DNA of 64,000 bases, taken from a virus. The notes beneath the pieces are model-generated. The model was not told the DNA's origin. It made no database searches and saw nothing but the letters and a program-made list of their open reading frames with translations. A program made the position numbers and the translations under genes. The stretch spans positions 46,534 to 110,533 of the IMG/VR virus record IMGVR_UViG_3300047494_000107; one strand, written 5' to 3'. Shown piece after piece: positions 46,492 to 56,896 of this stretch; position 1 is the first letter of the stretch, and every line of letters begins with the position of its first letter.

Positions 46492-47429
46492 CAGACGTCC
46501 TCCTTCGGGCGCCCGTTTTCATCCAACGTGTACCAAACATAAGGTTTGATACCGTCTCTCCCCACGATTCCGGCCCACGCGTGGGTGATGTTCCAGTCGT
46601 CGTCTCGTCGCGCTAAAAACAAAGCGTTTCCTGTAACGCCCATGACGCGACCGTACTTGCCGGATGACATTGCGGCGGACCGGTCGCCCGTGGAGGAGGC
46701 GGCGGACTGATCGCCCGTGGAGGAGGCGGCGGACTGGTAGCCCGTGGAGGAGGCGGCGGACTGGTAGCCCGTGGAGGAGGCGGCGGACTGGTCGCCCGTG
46801 GAGGAGGCGGCGGACTGGTCGCCCGTGGAGGAGGCGGCGGACTGGTAGCCCGTGGAGGAGGCGGCGGACTGGTCGCCCGTGGAGGAGGCGGCGGACTGGT
46901 AGCCCGTGGAGGAGGCGGCGGACTGGTAGCCCGTGGAGGAGGCGGCGGACCGGTCGCCCGTGGAGGAGGCGGCGGACTGGTAGCCCGTGGAGGAGGCGGC
47001 GGACCGGTCGCCCGTGGAGGAGGCGGCGGACTGGTAGCCCTCGACGTGCTTGCTCCCCGTAGCCGTTGCTCGCGCGATCACCCATTCGATGGCGCGCTTG
47101 ACAAGATCGGGAATCTTGATCTCAGCGTCGATGGTGATGCGCGCGCTGGCGATCTTCGCGTCATCGGCGCTCTCACGTGATGTTTCGCCGGACTGCCGAA
47201 CATCCGCGTAACGAGAGGCGCCGGGCGCATAGTAGCTGAACACGCTGAGCGGATGATGGTCGACGCTGCACGCGTGAAAACCAGACTGGCAGGCGATGAC
47301 AGGTCCGACATGCTCGTAGGTCTTGCCGACCTCGAACTGATAGCCACGACATTTCCAGTCGAGGTCAAAGCCTTTAATTGACGCGATCTCTTCATCTGTA
47401 TCCGACGGTGTTGCGTTCTCGCTGTCCAT
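46491..47429 (-). CDS. Phage nonapeptide-repeat protein (KGFD...CRGYQFEVG...CQSGFHAC family)
   Basis: Characteristic N-domain; 14 G(Y/D)(Q/R)SAASST-type units; C-terminal GRDGIKPYVWYTL. Confidence 0.85.
   Translation of the reverse strand: MDSENATPSDTDEEIASIKGFDLDWKCRGYQFEVGKTYEHVGPVIACQSGFHACSVDHHPLSVFSYYAPGASRYADVRQSGETSRESADDAKIASARITIDAEIKIPDLVKRAIEWVIARATATGSKHVEGYQSAASSTGDRSAASSTGYQSAASSTGDRSAASSTGYQSAASSTGYQSAASSTGDQSAASSTGYQSAASSTGDQSAASSTGDQSAASSTGYQSAASSTGYQSAASSTGDQSAASSTGDRSAAMSSGKYGRVMGVTGNALFLARRDDDWNITHAWAGIVGRDGIKPYVWYTLDENGRPKEDV
46672..47040. repeat. 27-bp tandem repeat, 13 full units plus 1 partial
   Basis: Invariant CCCGTGGAGGAGGCGGCGGAC core with variable first codons. 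Confidence 0.95.
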
Positions 47430-47449
47430 GTCTGTCTCCCATGTGCTGT

Positions 47450-48127
47450 TCATTCCCAGAAGCTCGCCAGCGGCTTCACGCCGGCCTCGTCTATCAACCG
47501 CGTCACCAAGTCGATGAATGCCCCGCGTGCCGCCGAGGGTGTCATCAGCGTCTGCGTCGGCACATGCGAACACGGCGGAAGCGCCGGCCAATCTCGCAAC
47601 GGCGTCGCCATGAAGTCTCGCTTCTCGACCGCCAAGGCCAGCAGATCGGCCTTCTTGACCTTCCGCTCCAATTCGCCGAACTCATCGGCCGGGCAGTAGA
47701 GCAAACGCTCCGTCAGCCCTGCCGCGGCCTCGACCGCCACCTGGACGCGCTGTTGAAGCGCCTTCACAGGGTTGAACGCCACGTCAAAACGCTGACGGAT
47801 AAGCTCACCCAGGGCATCCTGCATCGGCGACGTGATATCGCCCGTGACGTATTCGTGGGCGTCATGCAGCGCCGCCATCAGCATCTCGAATGCCGAGGCT
47901 TTCGGGGGCATGAGACTGGCCACCAGGACGCTGTGCTGCGCCACCGAATAGGGCGGTTCGACGACTCCCGTAGCGACGCACGTATGGTTGGCGAACCTGC
48001 CCTCACGAGACAGCGCCACACCAATGTCACGCAGCCGAATGACGTGCGGATCAGGGTCCAAGAGTTGGAACGGGGCGCCGCTACGCAGCTGCATCCAGGT
48101 GCGGGACAGGACTTCAGGACTGGTCAT
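47450..48127 (-). CDS. HD-domain 5'-deoxynucleotidase-like protein (YfbR-like)
   Basis: DIGVALSREGRFANH, YSVAQHS, ALHDAHEY..GDI.SP, VKKAD...LAVEKRD. Confidence 0.88.
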   Translation of the reverse strand: MTSPEVLSRTWMQLRSGAPFQLLDPDPHVIRLRDIGVALSREGRFANHTCVATGVVEPPYSVAQHSVLVASLMPPKASAFEMLMAALHDAHEYVTGDITSPMQDALGELIRQRFDVAFNPVKALQQRVQVAVEAAAGLTERLLYCPADEFGELERKVKKADLLALAVEKRDFMATPLRDWPALPPCSHVPTQTLMTPSAARGAFIDLVTRLIDEAGVKPLASFWE

Positions 48128-48693
48128 GCCACGCTCGTCTCATTGAAGACGGTCTCGACGATGCACTTGACCTTGGAATGCAACTGCTCGACCGACCCGT
48201 CGTTGAACACAGTCCAGTCCACCTTCAAGTCGGCGATGAACGCCTCGCTGGCGTGGCTCTGGCCGATGTCGCCGGGATTGTTGGGCCGTTCGATGCGGAT
48301 GACGATGCCGCCCAGATCGTGAATGCGTTCGACCTCGTTGGGGAAGCGCACATCCGTCACGACGACGTCGGAGTGCTGAGATGCCACGTCTTCGAATGTA
48401 TCAAGCCAAAAGTCGGGGTCCATATCCACGCGGCCCCACTCGGTCCCCAGCGTCTGGGCGGCATGCCGCGGTGTCTGGTTGGAGAGGTAAGGGCTTGGTA
48501 CGTGTTTTAGGACGCCCCAAAGCGCGGCGTTGATGTGTTCCTCTTTTGCGCCGCGAATGCGCATCAGCGTCGCGAGCATCTCTTTGAGCGGATCGGCGAA
48601 TGCGACGCGTGTGGCGCCTTCGCGCACGAGACCCAGCGCCGCCGTGTCCTTGCCGGCTCCCGCATAGCCGCACAACCCGACGAGGCGGATCAT
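48124..48693 (-). CDS. Deoxynucleoside monophosphate kinase
   Basis: GLCGYAGAGKDT, FADPLK, QTLGTEWGR, TDVRFPNE, HASE. Confidence 0.92.
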   Translation of the reverse strand: MIRLVGLCGYAGAGKDTAALGLVREGATRVAFADPLKEMLATLMRIRGAKEEHINAALWGVLKHVPSPYLSNQTPRHAAQTLGTEWGRVDMDPDFWLDTFEDVASQHSDVVVTDVRFPNEVERIHDLGGIVIRIERPNNPGDIGQSHASEAFIADLKVDWTVFNDGSVEQLHSKVKCIVETVFNETSVA

Positions 48694-48932
48694 ACCTCGA
48701 CTCCGAGTTCGGCGAGGCGCTGTTTGATGGCCGTGGCTTCGCCTTCGAAGAAAAAAGTGGCCGCTCGCACTATATCGGCGAGAAAGTCTTCGTTAGAGCT
48801 AATATGCCGATGTATCACGCTTAGCGCTACATAACCGTTAATGGCTGCACTAGTTAGCGCAGTTTTATCCTCCTTCAACCTATGCAGGTCGTTGCGCAAC
48901 CGCGCAACCTCATCCATATCCTCCAGCTTCAC
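48690..48932 (-). CDS. Hypothetical protein
   Basis: GGGAGG RBS; behind a TTGACA hexamer that carries a box. Confidence 0.5.
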   Translation of the reverse strand: MKLEDMDEVARLRNDLHRLKEDKTALTSAAINGYVALSVIHRHISSNEDFLADIVRAATFFFEGEATAIKQRLAELGVEV

Positions 48933-49368
48933 AACGCCTGTCCTCCCATCCGTGTCACTTGAGACTCTGGCTGTATCAAGACAGGCTGTCAATCAGGTTT
49001 CCGGCATTTCAGCAACTTTTTGTATCACCGCGTTGATACAACCCTCAGATGGCGGCGCTGTTCGACATCGTACGCTTTCAAATCGTAAATTGAGCGGAAA
49101 GGTGGCCACTCAATGGCACCGACCTTCCTCTTTTCGTCCGCCTGGCGTTCCAGGTGCGCCAGAAGCGCTCGGTAACCGAGGACGATCGCCAAGGCCCCGC
49201 ATGTGACAGCGAATCCGTACATGGACTACCCCTTCTTTCGGTAGCCGATCGACGCCACGACGACGAGCACGACCAGCAATATGTCAAAACCCATCCAGAC
49301 TTCCGCCGTGACAGGACTGTAGAGAGCACTCGGTGTCGTCGCCCCAGTATGCGTGGTGAGTGTCGGGT

Positions 49369-49764
49369 TCAAAATCTTACCTCCCATAGCGGCACATGGC
49401 CCTGTTTCAGAATGTCCGTCATGTTTCTCGTGCCAGGGCCGCCGGGGAACGCCACAGCCGCGTCGGGGCGCTCGCACGCCATGGCGAAGTTGCGCAATCC
49501 GCCGGCTCGACGCCCGTCCCGCTCCCAGTCCGCAGGGAATTGCTGCCAAGGTATGCCGCGCGACACCGCCCAGTTATGCGCCAGGGAATCGGCGCCCTTC
49601 GCCGCCCCGTCGATCTGCATCGTGACACCCCAGGTCTCATGCACGTAATCAAGGATGCGCTCCAGCATGGCCCGCTCTTGATACGCCTTGTCGATTTCCT
49701 GCTGGCTTGGATTGCCGTATGGCACGACGCCATAGTGTCGACCGCCGCACACCAGCAGTTTCAT
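49369..49764 (-). CDS. SLOG family protein (DUF2493/YspA-like)
   Basis: MKLLVCGGRHY, GAAKGAD..A..WA, FPADW, AG..RN..M, AFPGGPGT.NM. Confidence 0.88.
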   Translation of the reverse strand: MKLLVCGGRHYGVVPYGNPSQQEIDKAYQERAMLERILDYVHETWGVTMQIDGAAKGADSLAHNWAVSRGIPWQQFPADWERDGRRAGGLRNFAMACERPDAAVAFPGGPGTRNMTDILKQGHVPLWEVRF

Positions 49765-50156
49765 AGCGCGTGCCTTCCACTCTGAGCGGCCTTCTCTGCT
49801 CGCCATTTCGCCCGTAGAGCGTCGGCCGTCACCGGATCGGCCAGCAGTCGGCGTCGATGCTTGGCCATCCAGGAGTTGACACACTCTCGGCACTTGCCGT
49901 TTTTGCCGCGAACCGGGTTGACATGGCCCTTGCGGCACGTGGGCAGCACGTCGATCGCGGGCTTGCGCCACAGCAGCTTCCGGCCGCGCTTACGCGCCAT
50001 GTATCCTCGCCAGTGAGACGCGCAGATGCCGCGGACGCCTTGGTAGAACGTCGTCTCGCCAGGCGCCAATTCACACACCCTGCAGGCACGGGGCCCACGC
50101 GTGTACGACCACCGAGCGGCGACCTGGGCAGCAACACGGAAGACAGAGGCACTCAC
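49761..50156 (-). CDS. Zinc-finger protein
   Basis: CRVC...CASH and CRKGH...CREC. Confidence 0.55.
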   Translation of the reverse strand: MSASVFRVAAQVAARWSYTRGPRACRVCELAPGETTFYQGVRGICASHWRGYMARKRGRKLLWRKPAIDVLPTCRKGHVNPVRGKNGKCRECVNSWMAKHRRRLLADPVTADALRAKWRAEKAAQSGRHAL

Positions 50157-51205
50157 GATTCGGCGTGTGCCGGATAAAGACGCGCGTCCTGGCTGATCGT
50201 CGCCATCCCGCGCACGAAGTCCGCCGCCTCCATCAAAAGCGCCACGCGTTTGAGGGCTATGTTCCGATCAATACCGAACGGTATCGTCAGGGCTTCGCCC
50301 ATGCCCGACAACGCGCTGTCCACGAGTCGAGCGTACAGACTGTCCTCTTCGAACCCCTCCATCATGGCGTCGTCTCGTCCAGGAAGCCCTCGGGAGGGTT
50401 GCATTTCGCGACAGTCTTAAGTGCCGCCATGAGACGGTCGCGACACAGGCACGGCTCAAGGTCGGGGCAGCGGAACTTGCAGACATCCAGCCCGCTTAGA
50501 TGCGCCAAACCTTTGTCAAGTATAAGGTCTTTGTTCATGATGATTCAACGGAGTATAAGCGTGGCGACAACTGCCGCTAGAGCCAACGCTATATACCAAG
50601 GGTAAAGTCTTGGTCGGCCCGACTTCTCCTTGTCATCCAGCCGGCTCTGAAGTTCCGCGTTCGTGCGGTCGCTTGCTTCAAGCAAGTCGGTCAGTTCTTC
50701 CACTTGCTTGGTTTTCTTCGCGAGTTCGGCCCTCAGATCGTCCATCTGTTCGGCGCGAAATACCCAGCCAGGATAAGACATTCGCGATTTCCTCCTCTAT
50801 ATGTCGACGAATACGACGAAGAACGAGCCGACGGTGACGAACAGGAACATCACGCGGACCAGCCACCGCCCCCAACCTTCGCCGCTCGCCCACAGCTCGT
50901 AGTTCACGACGCCCAGTGTCATTACCGCCAGCACCGGCCACGTCGCGTCGAAGAGCCATGAGCCTGGATTAGTACGGAGCATCCGGCGCCTCCCGCGACC
51001 AGACGCTATCTTCGTTCGCTGTCCGATCTGAAGCAAGGTAGACAGGCAGCTTTTCCGTTGCGGCGTCGCCGGGATCACGAATCTGTGTCGAAGACACGAA
51101 ACCCACGACATCCACGGCGCCAGGACTCAAGGCCCTGTACGCCATCACGTAGCCGCCGATCAGCACAACGGCCAACGCCGCAAGAACCAAAGTCGATACC
51201 CGCAT
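50153..51205 (-). other. Cluster of small hypothetical genes, several with transmembrane helices (e.g. 50545-50781, 50969-51205)
   Basis: Coupled short ORFs. Confidence 0.5.
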
Positions 51206-51810
51206 CAGTGCTTGCCACCGTGGCCCGTGTGACTCATCGAAGAGTGGTCATGTCCCGTAGCCTCGTGCCCGCTCTTCGCCGATTCGTGCGTGTGCTGGCA
51301 GTGCGCGTCGTGGCTGTGCGACTTATCGCTGCCCGTATCGTGCCCGTGGTCATCCCTGGCGCCGTTGCTCTTGCCTTTGTCGTCGCCCTTCTTCGGCGGC
51401 TCGGACGACTTGCCGTCCATGCCCTTGCAGTGCATCGGCGGCGTGACAGGCTTGATCGGCTTCACGACTGGAGGAGGGGTCACTGGCGGCACAGGCGCTG
51501 CGATTGGAGTCGCGACAGGAGCGACCGCGGCCTTGACGACGGGAGGCGGCGCAGGGGCGGCTGCCACGGGTATCGCCGCCACGACAGGGGTTGGGGCCGT
51601 CGGCTGTGCAGGGGGTGTCGGTGCCGCGACCACTGGCGTAACCACGGCTTTCGGTGCGGCGGTTGGTACAGCGTCGGCGGCATCACGATGGCAGGCGCCT
51701 GTACGCACATCATCCGTCAGCCAGCGGCAGTGGTGTCGCGACGGTAGATCGGACGCCGACACAGCCGCCACGGGGATGAACACTGAGAGCAACAAGACCG
51801 TACGTATCAT
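51205..51810 (-). CDS. Exported Pro-rich protein with His-rich C-terminus
   Basis: AAGGAG RBS; signal peptide; Pro/Ala/Val/Thr linker; HGHD..SHSHDAH..HTHE..HDH..HTGH tail. Confidence 0.75.
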   Translation of the reverse strand: MIRTVLLLSVFIPVAAVSASDLPSRHHCRWLTDDVRTGACHRDAADAVPTAAPKAVVTPVVAAPTPPAQPTAPTPVVAAIPVAAAPAPPPVVKAAVAPVATPIAAPVPPVTPPPVVKPIKPVTPPMHCKGMDGKSSEPPKKGDDKGKSNGARDDHGHDTGSDKSHSHDAHCQHTHESAKSGHEATGHDHSSMSHTGHGGKH

Positions 51811-51868
51811 GTTTGGCTCCTTCCGTTGTCTTGATACAGACAGTGTTTCCTGCGGAACGAGACAGGTG

Positions 51869-54800
51869 TCAACACACTTTCGAAGGGTACATGTGAGCCA
51901 GGTCACGCGCGTAACACAGAGGTGACACGCCCGACTGGAAAGCCCCGTAATTCGAATAGGGCGGCCACGCCTCGAAGTGCGGGCCGAGCAGGCTCTCCAC
52001 GGCATCCAGCCACGCCAAGAAGCGCTCGTAGTCCGCCGGCATGCGCATTTGACGATTCGTCACGTCATCGGCGAAGGGCCAGCCTCGCCACTTCCCAGCC
52101 GGGACGGCCGAACCTGTCCTTATATGCGTACGCGACGCAACGCCCCGGAGATAAATAGGGCTGACGACGCGGGTCCATGTCTGACCAGTTGTCCGCGTCG
52201 GCGTAGTGCTCAAGGGCTTTGCGAAGACGGTCGATCTCCTCCGCAGCGCAATACGTGGAGCAGGAGCCTGGATTCGGGCAGTCGCATTCAGCCTGAACTT
52301 GGCCAATGCTCATCGCGCGTTCACCATCATGTCTCGCACCGACGCGCGGAGCAGAAGGCGCGGATGATCGTGTCGCCGCAACCACGCGATCGCATCCCGA
52401 GTCGCGTTGAAGTGCATGTCGCTATCCCCCATCAGCGCCACGAGGTTTGCAATTATACGGGCTGTCTCATCGTGGGGCATATCTACGCCGTCAGCGGGCG
52501 GCAGCTCGGGATCATTCATCGTCCGTCACCGGATTCGTGCAGTTCGCATCAAACCATGCTCTGTCGATCGCAGCATCGCCGCCAGCGGGCCTGTTCAGCG
52601 TCCAGGTGTAGTAAAGATCTGCGTCATTCGCAATTCCGTTCGGGCGCAAGAGAATGTTGTCCACCCCACTCCCATACCAGGACGCCGAGCAGTACGGGCC
52701 AATCTTGTAGACGTCAGACTTTTTTGCCGCCCCCTCTCGAATCAAGATGACGGAACCGACGCTGCCAATACCCAAAGGTTCACCGAAGGCCAAGTAACAG
52801 AAGCCGAAGCCCACGACAAACGCTAGCAAAAGGCTGAAACTTTCACTCGATCGCATCTGCCCACCAGGAATAGCCGCACGAGCGGCAGTTGTATTGCAGG
52901 ACGTCGTAGCCTTCGAACCAGTCGCTGTACGTCCGGGCTTGCACTTCCTGCGCGCCGCAATGCTGACAAGGAATCGGATCGTCAAGCCAGGTTTCGCTCA
53001 CGACAGGAACCTCATTTTGCCGAACTCGCGCAGCAAGTACCGACGATCAACACGATCCATATGGTAGGCCATGATTTGGCCAGGGAACGTGCGAAACGAG
53101 CGGCGTCGCTTCGACTCACGACGAGCCGGCAATCCGACACCTTTGCAAACGTAGACGCCTAGGTAGTAGCCCTCCGCGTCTACAAGCATGCGTCTCTGAT
53201 AAGGGCAGTTCACGGAGGGGCCCGCTTCACGAACCGGCCCTTCCTGTCCCTGACAGGCGTCACGGCTGACGCAGCTTTGGCGGCGTCAAAGGCGGCGTTG
53301 TCGTGGTCGGCGGCGAACATCACCGCGTCCCAATACCGCGCCTGCAGATGCTTCGGCCAACGCTCAACGGGCAGCCCAAGCCACGGGCCCATCTCCTTGA
53401 CCTCTTCGAGGGCCAGAAACCCCGTCCTGACGTCACCAAGGAGTTTGCTGTCCACGAGCGCGCCAAAGTCGTCGACAGGCTTTGGCCAAAGTTCGCTCTT
53501 GACCGCTTGTATGAGGCTGCGGAGCATCACGGACGCGCTCCTTTCTGTGGTGGGCGCTTGTTGGCGCCGAACAGCTGCTTGAAACTCTCGACGCACTGGA
53601 GATACTCATCGACCTCCCGTTCGAACTTGGTGAGTTCGTCCTCGGTGGGCAGCCCCTTTGCTTTCGGCGTGTCGTCGATGTGGGTACTGCGCATGGACCT
53701 GAGGTCCAGCCAGTCGGCCAAGAAGTCATGCAGGTTTTCCACGCTTTCCGGGTTCAACTGCGCCGCATTCGCGACGCCGTCCAACATGACCTCCAGCGAG
53801 AGTTCGTCCGCCCCAGTCTGTATGACAGTAAAGCGATTTCGCGCGTCGTTAGCGATCGAGAAGGCTTCGCCAATGATTGCCGGCATGTCAGTTCTCCTTG
53901 CCGCGGACGAGGCAGTCCTTGATCGCGTCGATCAGGTCGCACGAAGCGGTGACCTCGCCATCTTCGTCACGCGCCTCAATCTTGCCGCGCTCAAAGTCGA
54001 AATCAACATAGCCATCAGACGGCCCTTTGTAATCAGGGTGCGGCATCAAGTCGTACAACTGCACGACTAATTCGTTCACGTAGTCCCAGCCTGTGACCGT
54101 TCCGACCAAGCGTCCGCAGATGGAATAGTCCAGGCGACCTTCTTCATTGCTCATTTGATTCTCCTGTTTCAGGTGTTGTCAGCGATCCACTGATTAGCGG
54201 CCGATCGCGAGGGAAATATCACTACGACGGGGAAAGCAGTGCTACCGTAGGGGTTTGTACGACCTTTTCCCGTCTTGTCCTGCCAAAACCCGTCAACCAC
54301 GAACGGCAAGAACGCACCGTCGTCCTCGGTCACGTCCATCGGCGCATACTTTCGCGCCACGAACCGAAAGCTATCGCCGAACGTGACGCCGCCCTCGTCC
54401 AGCAAGCGGCGAAGGACGTCAGCCGCGCTTTTCCCCGTCGCGCCTTGCTGCACCAAGGTATCCATCAACGTTTGAGACGCGATACCTTTCGGTGCCAGGC
54501 CCAAGAGGGCCAGAGCAAGTTTCATCGTCTCGTACGAGTTCATACAGGGTCTCCTACGACAACGATGCCTGTGATGCCGGCTGCAGCCTCGCCGATGTAC
54601 GTTACTGATACATGCTCGGGGGCTGATGCCCAGGTGGAGGGCAGGTAGGTCCATTCGTCCGCTGGATTCATCATCCTGGCGGCCTCTTCCGTCTCGGCGG
54701 CTACTACAGCAGCGCTGTATGTGTCGTAGCCGCGTTTCTCACGCTGAATCAGAAGCCACAACTTCACGGCACGTCTCCCGTGCTGTTGACGAGGCGTGTC

Positions 54801-55306
54801 AAGACAGCCGCTGACGCAAAGGCCGCCAAGGCCGCGTAGGCACCGCCCAGGATCAGCGCGTGGTGAAAAGTCACCAGACCGAACCCCACGGCCAGAAGGC
54901 CGAGGAAGGACGAAGCGATCAAGCCCGCAACCAGCGCCCCGGCGAAGCGGCCCAGGAAGGCCGCACGAGGCCACACGTCGGCGCCGCTTGCCTGTGTGTA
55001 GGTGACAGGGCCAGACGGCTTGACGACCTCACAGACAGCGTCAGGGCGGTAGGCGCCCGCAAGGCCGCCAGACCCTACCCAGGTGACGCAGGCGTCGCTC
55101 AGCGTGTCCTGGTCGACCGGTTTGATGTGGTGGGCGGCCCCGCTCACCGAAGCGGCGTACGCCAGCACACGAGCCTCGACGCGCTCGTAGTCCACAGGCA
55201 CTACCCGACGAGCGACAGAGTCATAGGCCACGCTTTTCGGAGCGAGGGGATGTTCAGCGGACGGGGCGGCTAGGCGGCCAGCCGGGGTGGCGTGCTCATT
55301 GGTCAT
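51869..55306 (-). other. Operon of small hypothetical genes (incl. 52310-52519, 52998-53213, 53527-53886, 53888-54154, 54764-55306)
   Basis: Co-oriented coupled ORFs with RBSs, behind the promoter near 55360. Confidence 0.55.
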
Positions 55307-55793
55307 GCGGCTCTCCTTCCGTTCTGGTTGATACAGACACTGTTCGGCGGGGTTGTGTCAAGGGCCTGTATCATGTCTGAGCCAGACGTATCGAGGGCGG
55401 TTCTTGACCGTTGAGAACGTCCCGGTAATCTAGGGTTATCCTTGTATTGTGTGTTCTTGATTTGCCTTGTGTTATCAAGAGATGGGCAATAGGCGCCGCG
55501 CCACCCCGGTAATGAGCGGCCCCCTGTGGGCCACTCATACCGTTGGGTGCGCTATTAGCCGACCTGTGCTCAAGGCTCTGGGGTGTTTTTCATATTGTTA
55601 ATATGGTAGTTGAATTGATCGCATAAAGGCTATAGCGTTGATAACCGCTATTCAAAGTCTTATCTTCTCTATCAACAAGTTGGTTCTTTTTCGGCACCCT
55701 TTAGTGGTTGTATTTATATTTCTCCAATTTAACTTCGTATCTGGTATTATAGCTGTATTTAAGCGCAGTCATTTGGCGCAGAAAGGGCTCGGC

Positions 55794-56873
55794 ATGGCTA
55801 AGGTCGGCAACGTTTTCACCTACCTGGGGCAGGATTACGCCTATGTGCGGGATCAGGCGGGTACGATGAAAGCCACCAATGTAAAAGGTAAGGCGGGTCA
55901 GGAGGTTATCGTCCCCACTTCCTACACGGTGTGGCAGACGCTGTGTCCCGAGGCTGGGTGCGGCGCCCCGTTCGAAGTGTTCCTGCCTTGGAGCTTCCCT
56001 GTCGGCCGGTTCAACATGGTGCGGCGATGCCCCGACCACCGAAAGCCGCGGGTCAAGGTGGCGGGGTCCGACGAATACATCCCGGAAGAGGTGAAGGAGC
56101 GGCGAAAGCTGGTCCGGGCGCCGCGGGCGGGGGTGGATCGAGGGGCGTCCAAGCGCCACGCACCTGCCGACGACTATGTGTTTGCCTGCATGGTGGCGTC
56201 CAACGAGGCTGCTGGCGAGGGCGTGCGCCCAGGCGCCCTTGTTCAGATGGTGCGGGACGGGGGACGCGCGTTACCGGAGGAGACGCGGAAGGTGCTGGGC
56301 CTGCACAAGCCCGAAGATATGCACCTGAAGTATCTCTCGCTGGCGCTGGCACGGTTGCGTGAGAAGGGCCGGATCGTGCCGGTCGGCGGGGGGAACGCTC
56401 GACGCTGGCTGTTGAAGACCAGCAACTACATCCCGTTGGATCAGCAAGAACCCAAGCCTGTGCGGCCCGTAGTGTCGGTTCAGCCCGCACCACCTGTTCC
56501 CGCACCACCTGTTCCCGCATCGCCTCCCGCGCCACCTATCGCGCCTGCCGTGAAGACGCAGCGAGAGTTAACTATTGATCTTTGGGTACTACGTGGTGTC
56601 CCAGCCAAGGAAGCCGAGGAGGCGTATTTCAACCCCGACGCCCGAAAAAGGTTGGCGGACGAATTAGGGCCGTATTTCCTCACCGACGCGGCCCTGAATG
56701 AACGAGGAAAGTTCGTACCGACCGAAGCGCCCCTTGAAATACGGCAAGCGCTTGGTCTCGCGCCCATCGTGCGGTATGTGGCCGACCCCAAACTTGCTGA
56801 AATGCAGTCTCAGTTCGGGGCGCCACCCCCGCCGCCCCCAGCGCCTTCCGCACCCCCTAAGCCTCAAGGCTGA
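55794..56873 (+). CDS. Hypothetical protein with Zn-ribbon-like segment, winged-helix-like domain and Pro-rich segments
   Basis: CPEAGC...RRCPDH; EGVRPGALV...LREKGRIV...RW. Confidence 0.65.
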   Translation: MAKVGNVFTYLGQDYAYVRDQAGTMKATNVKGKAGQEVIVPTSYTVWQTLCPEAGCGAPFEVFLPWSFPVGRFNMVRRCPDHRKPRVKVAGSDEYIPEEVKERRKLVRAPRAGVDRGASKRHAPADDYVFACMVASNEAAGEGVRPGALVQMVRDGGRALPEETRKVLGLHKPEDMHLKYLSLALARLREKGRIVPVGGGNARRWLLKTSNYIPLDQQEPKPVRPVVSVQPAPPVPAPPVPASPPAPPIAPAVKTQRELTIDLWVLRGVPAKEAEEAYFNPDARKRLADELGPYFLTDAALNERGKFVPTEAPLEIRQALGLAPIVRYVADPKLAEMQSQFGAPPPPPPAPSAPPKPQG

Positions 56874-56896
56874 CCGCATGCTACAGGTAAGGGATC

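Noticed and set aside
46672-47040. CRISPR-like array
   Set aside because: Units are contiguous 27-mers in frame within a CDS, with no unique spacers and no cas genes
45493-48127. 2-aminoadenine (Z) genome pathway suggested by MazG, HD and PolA
   Set aside because: No PurZ/PurA-like gene in the window; the motifs fit generic families
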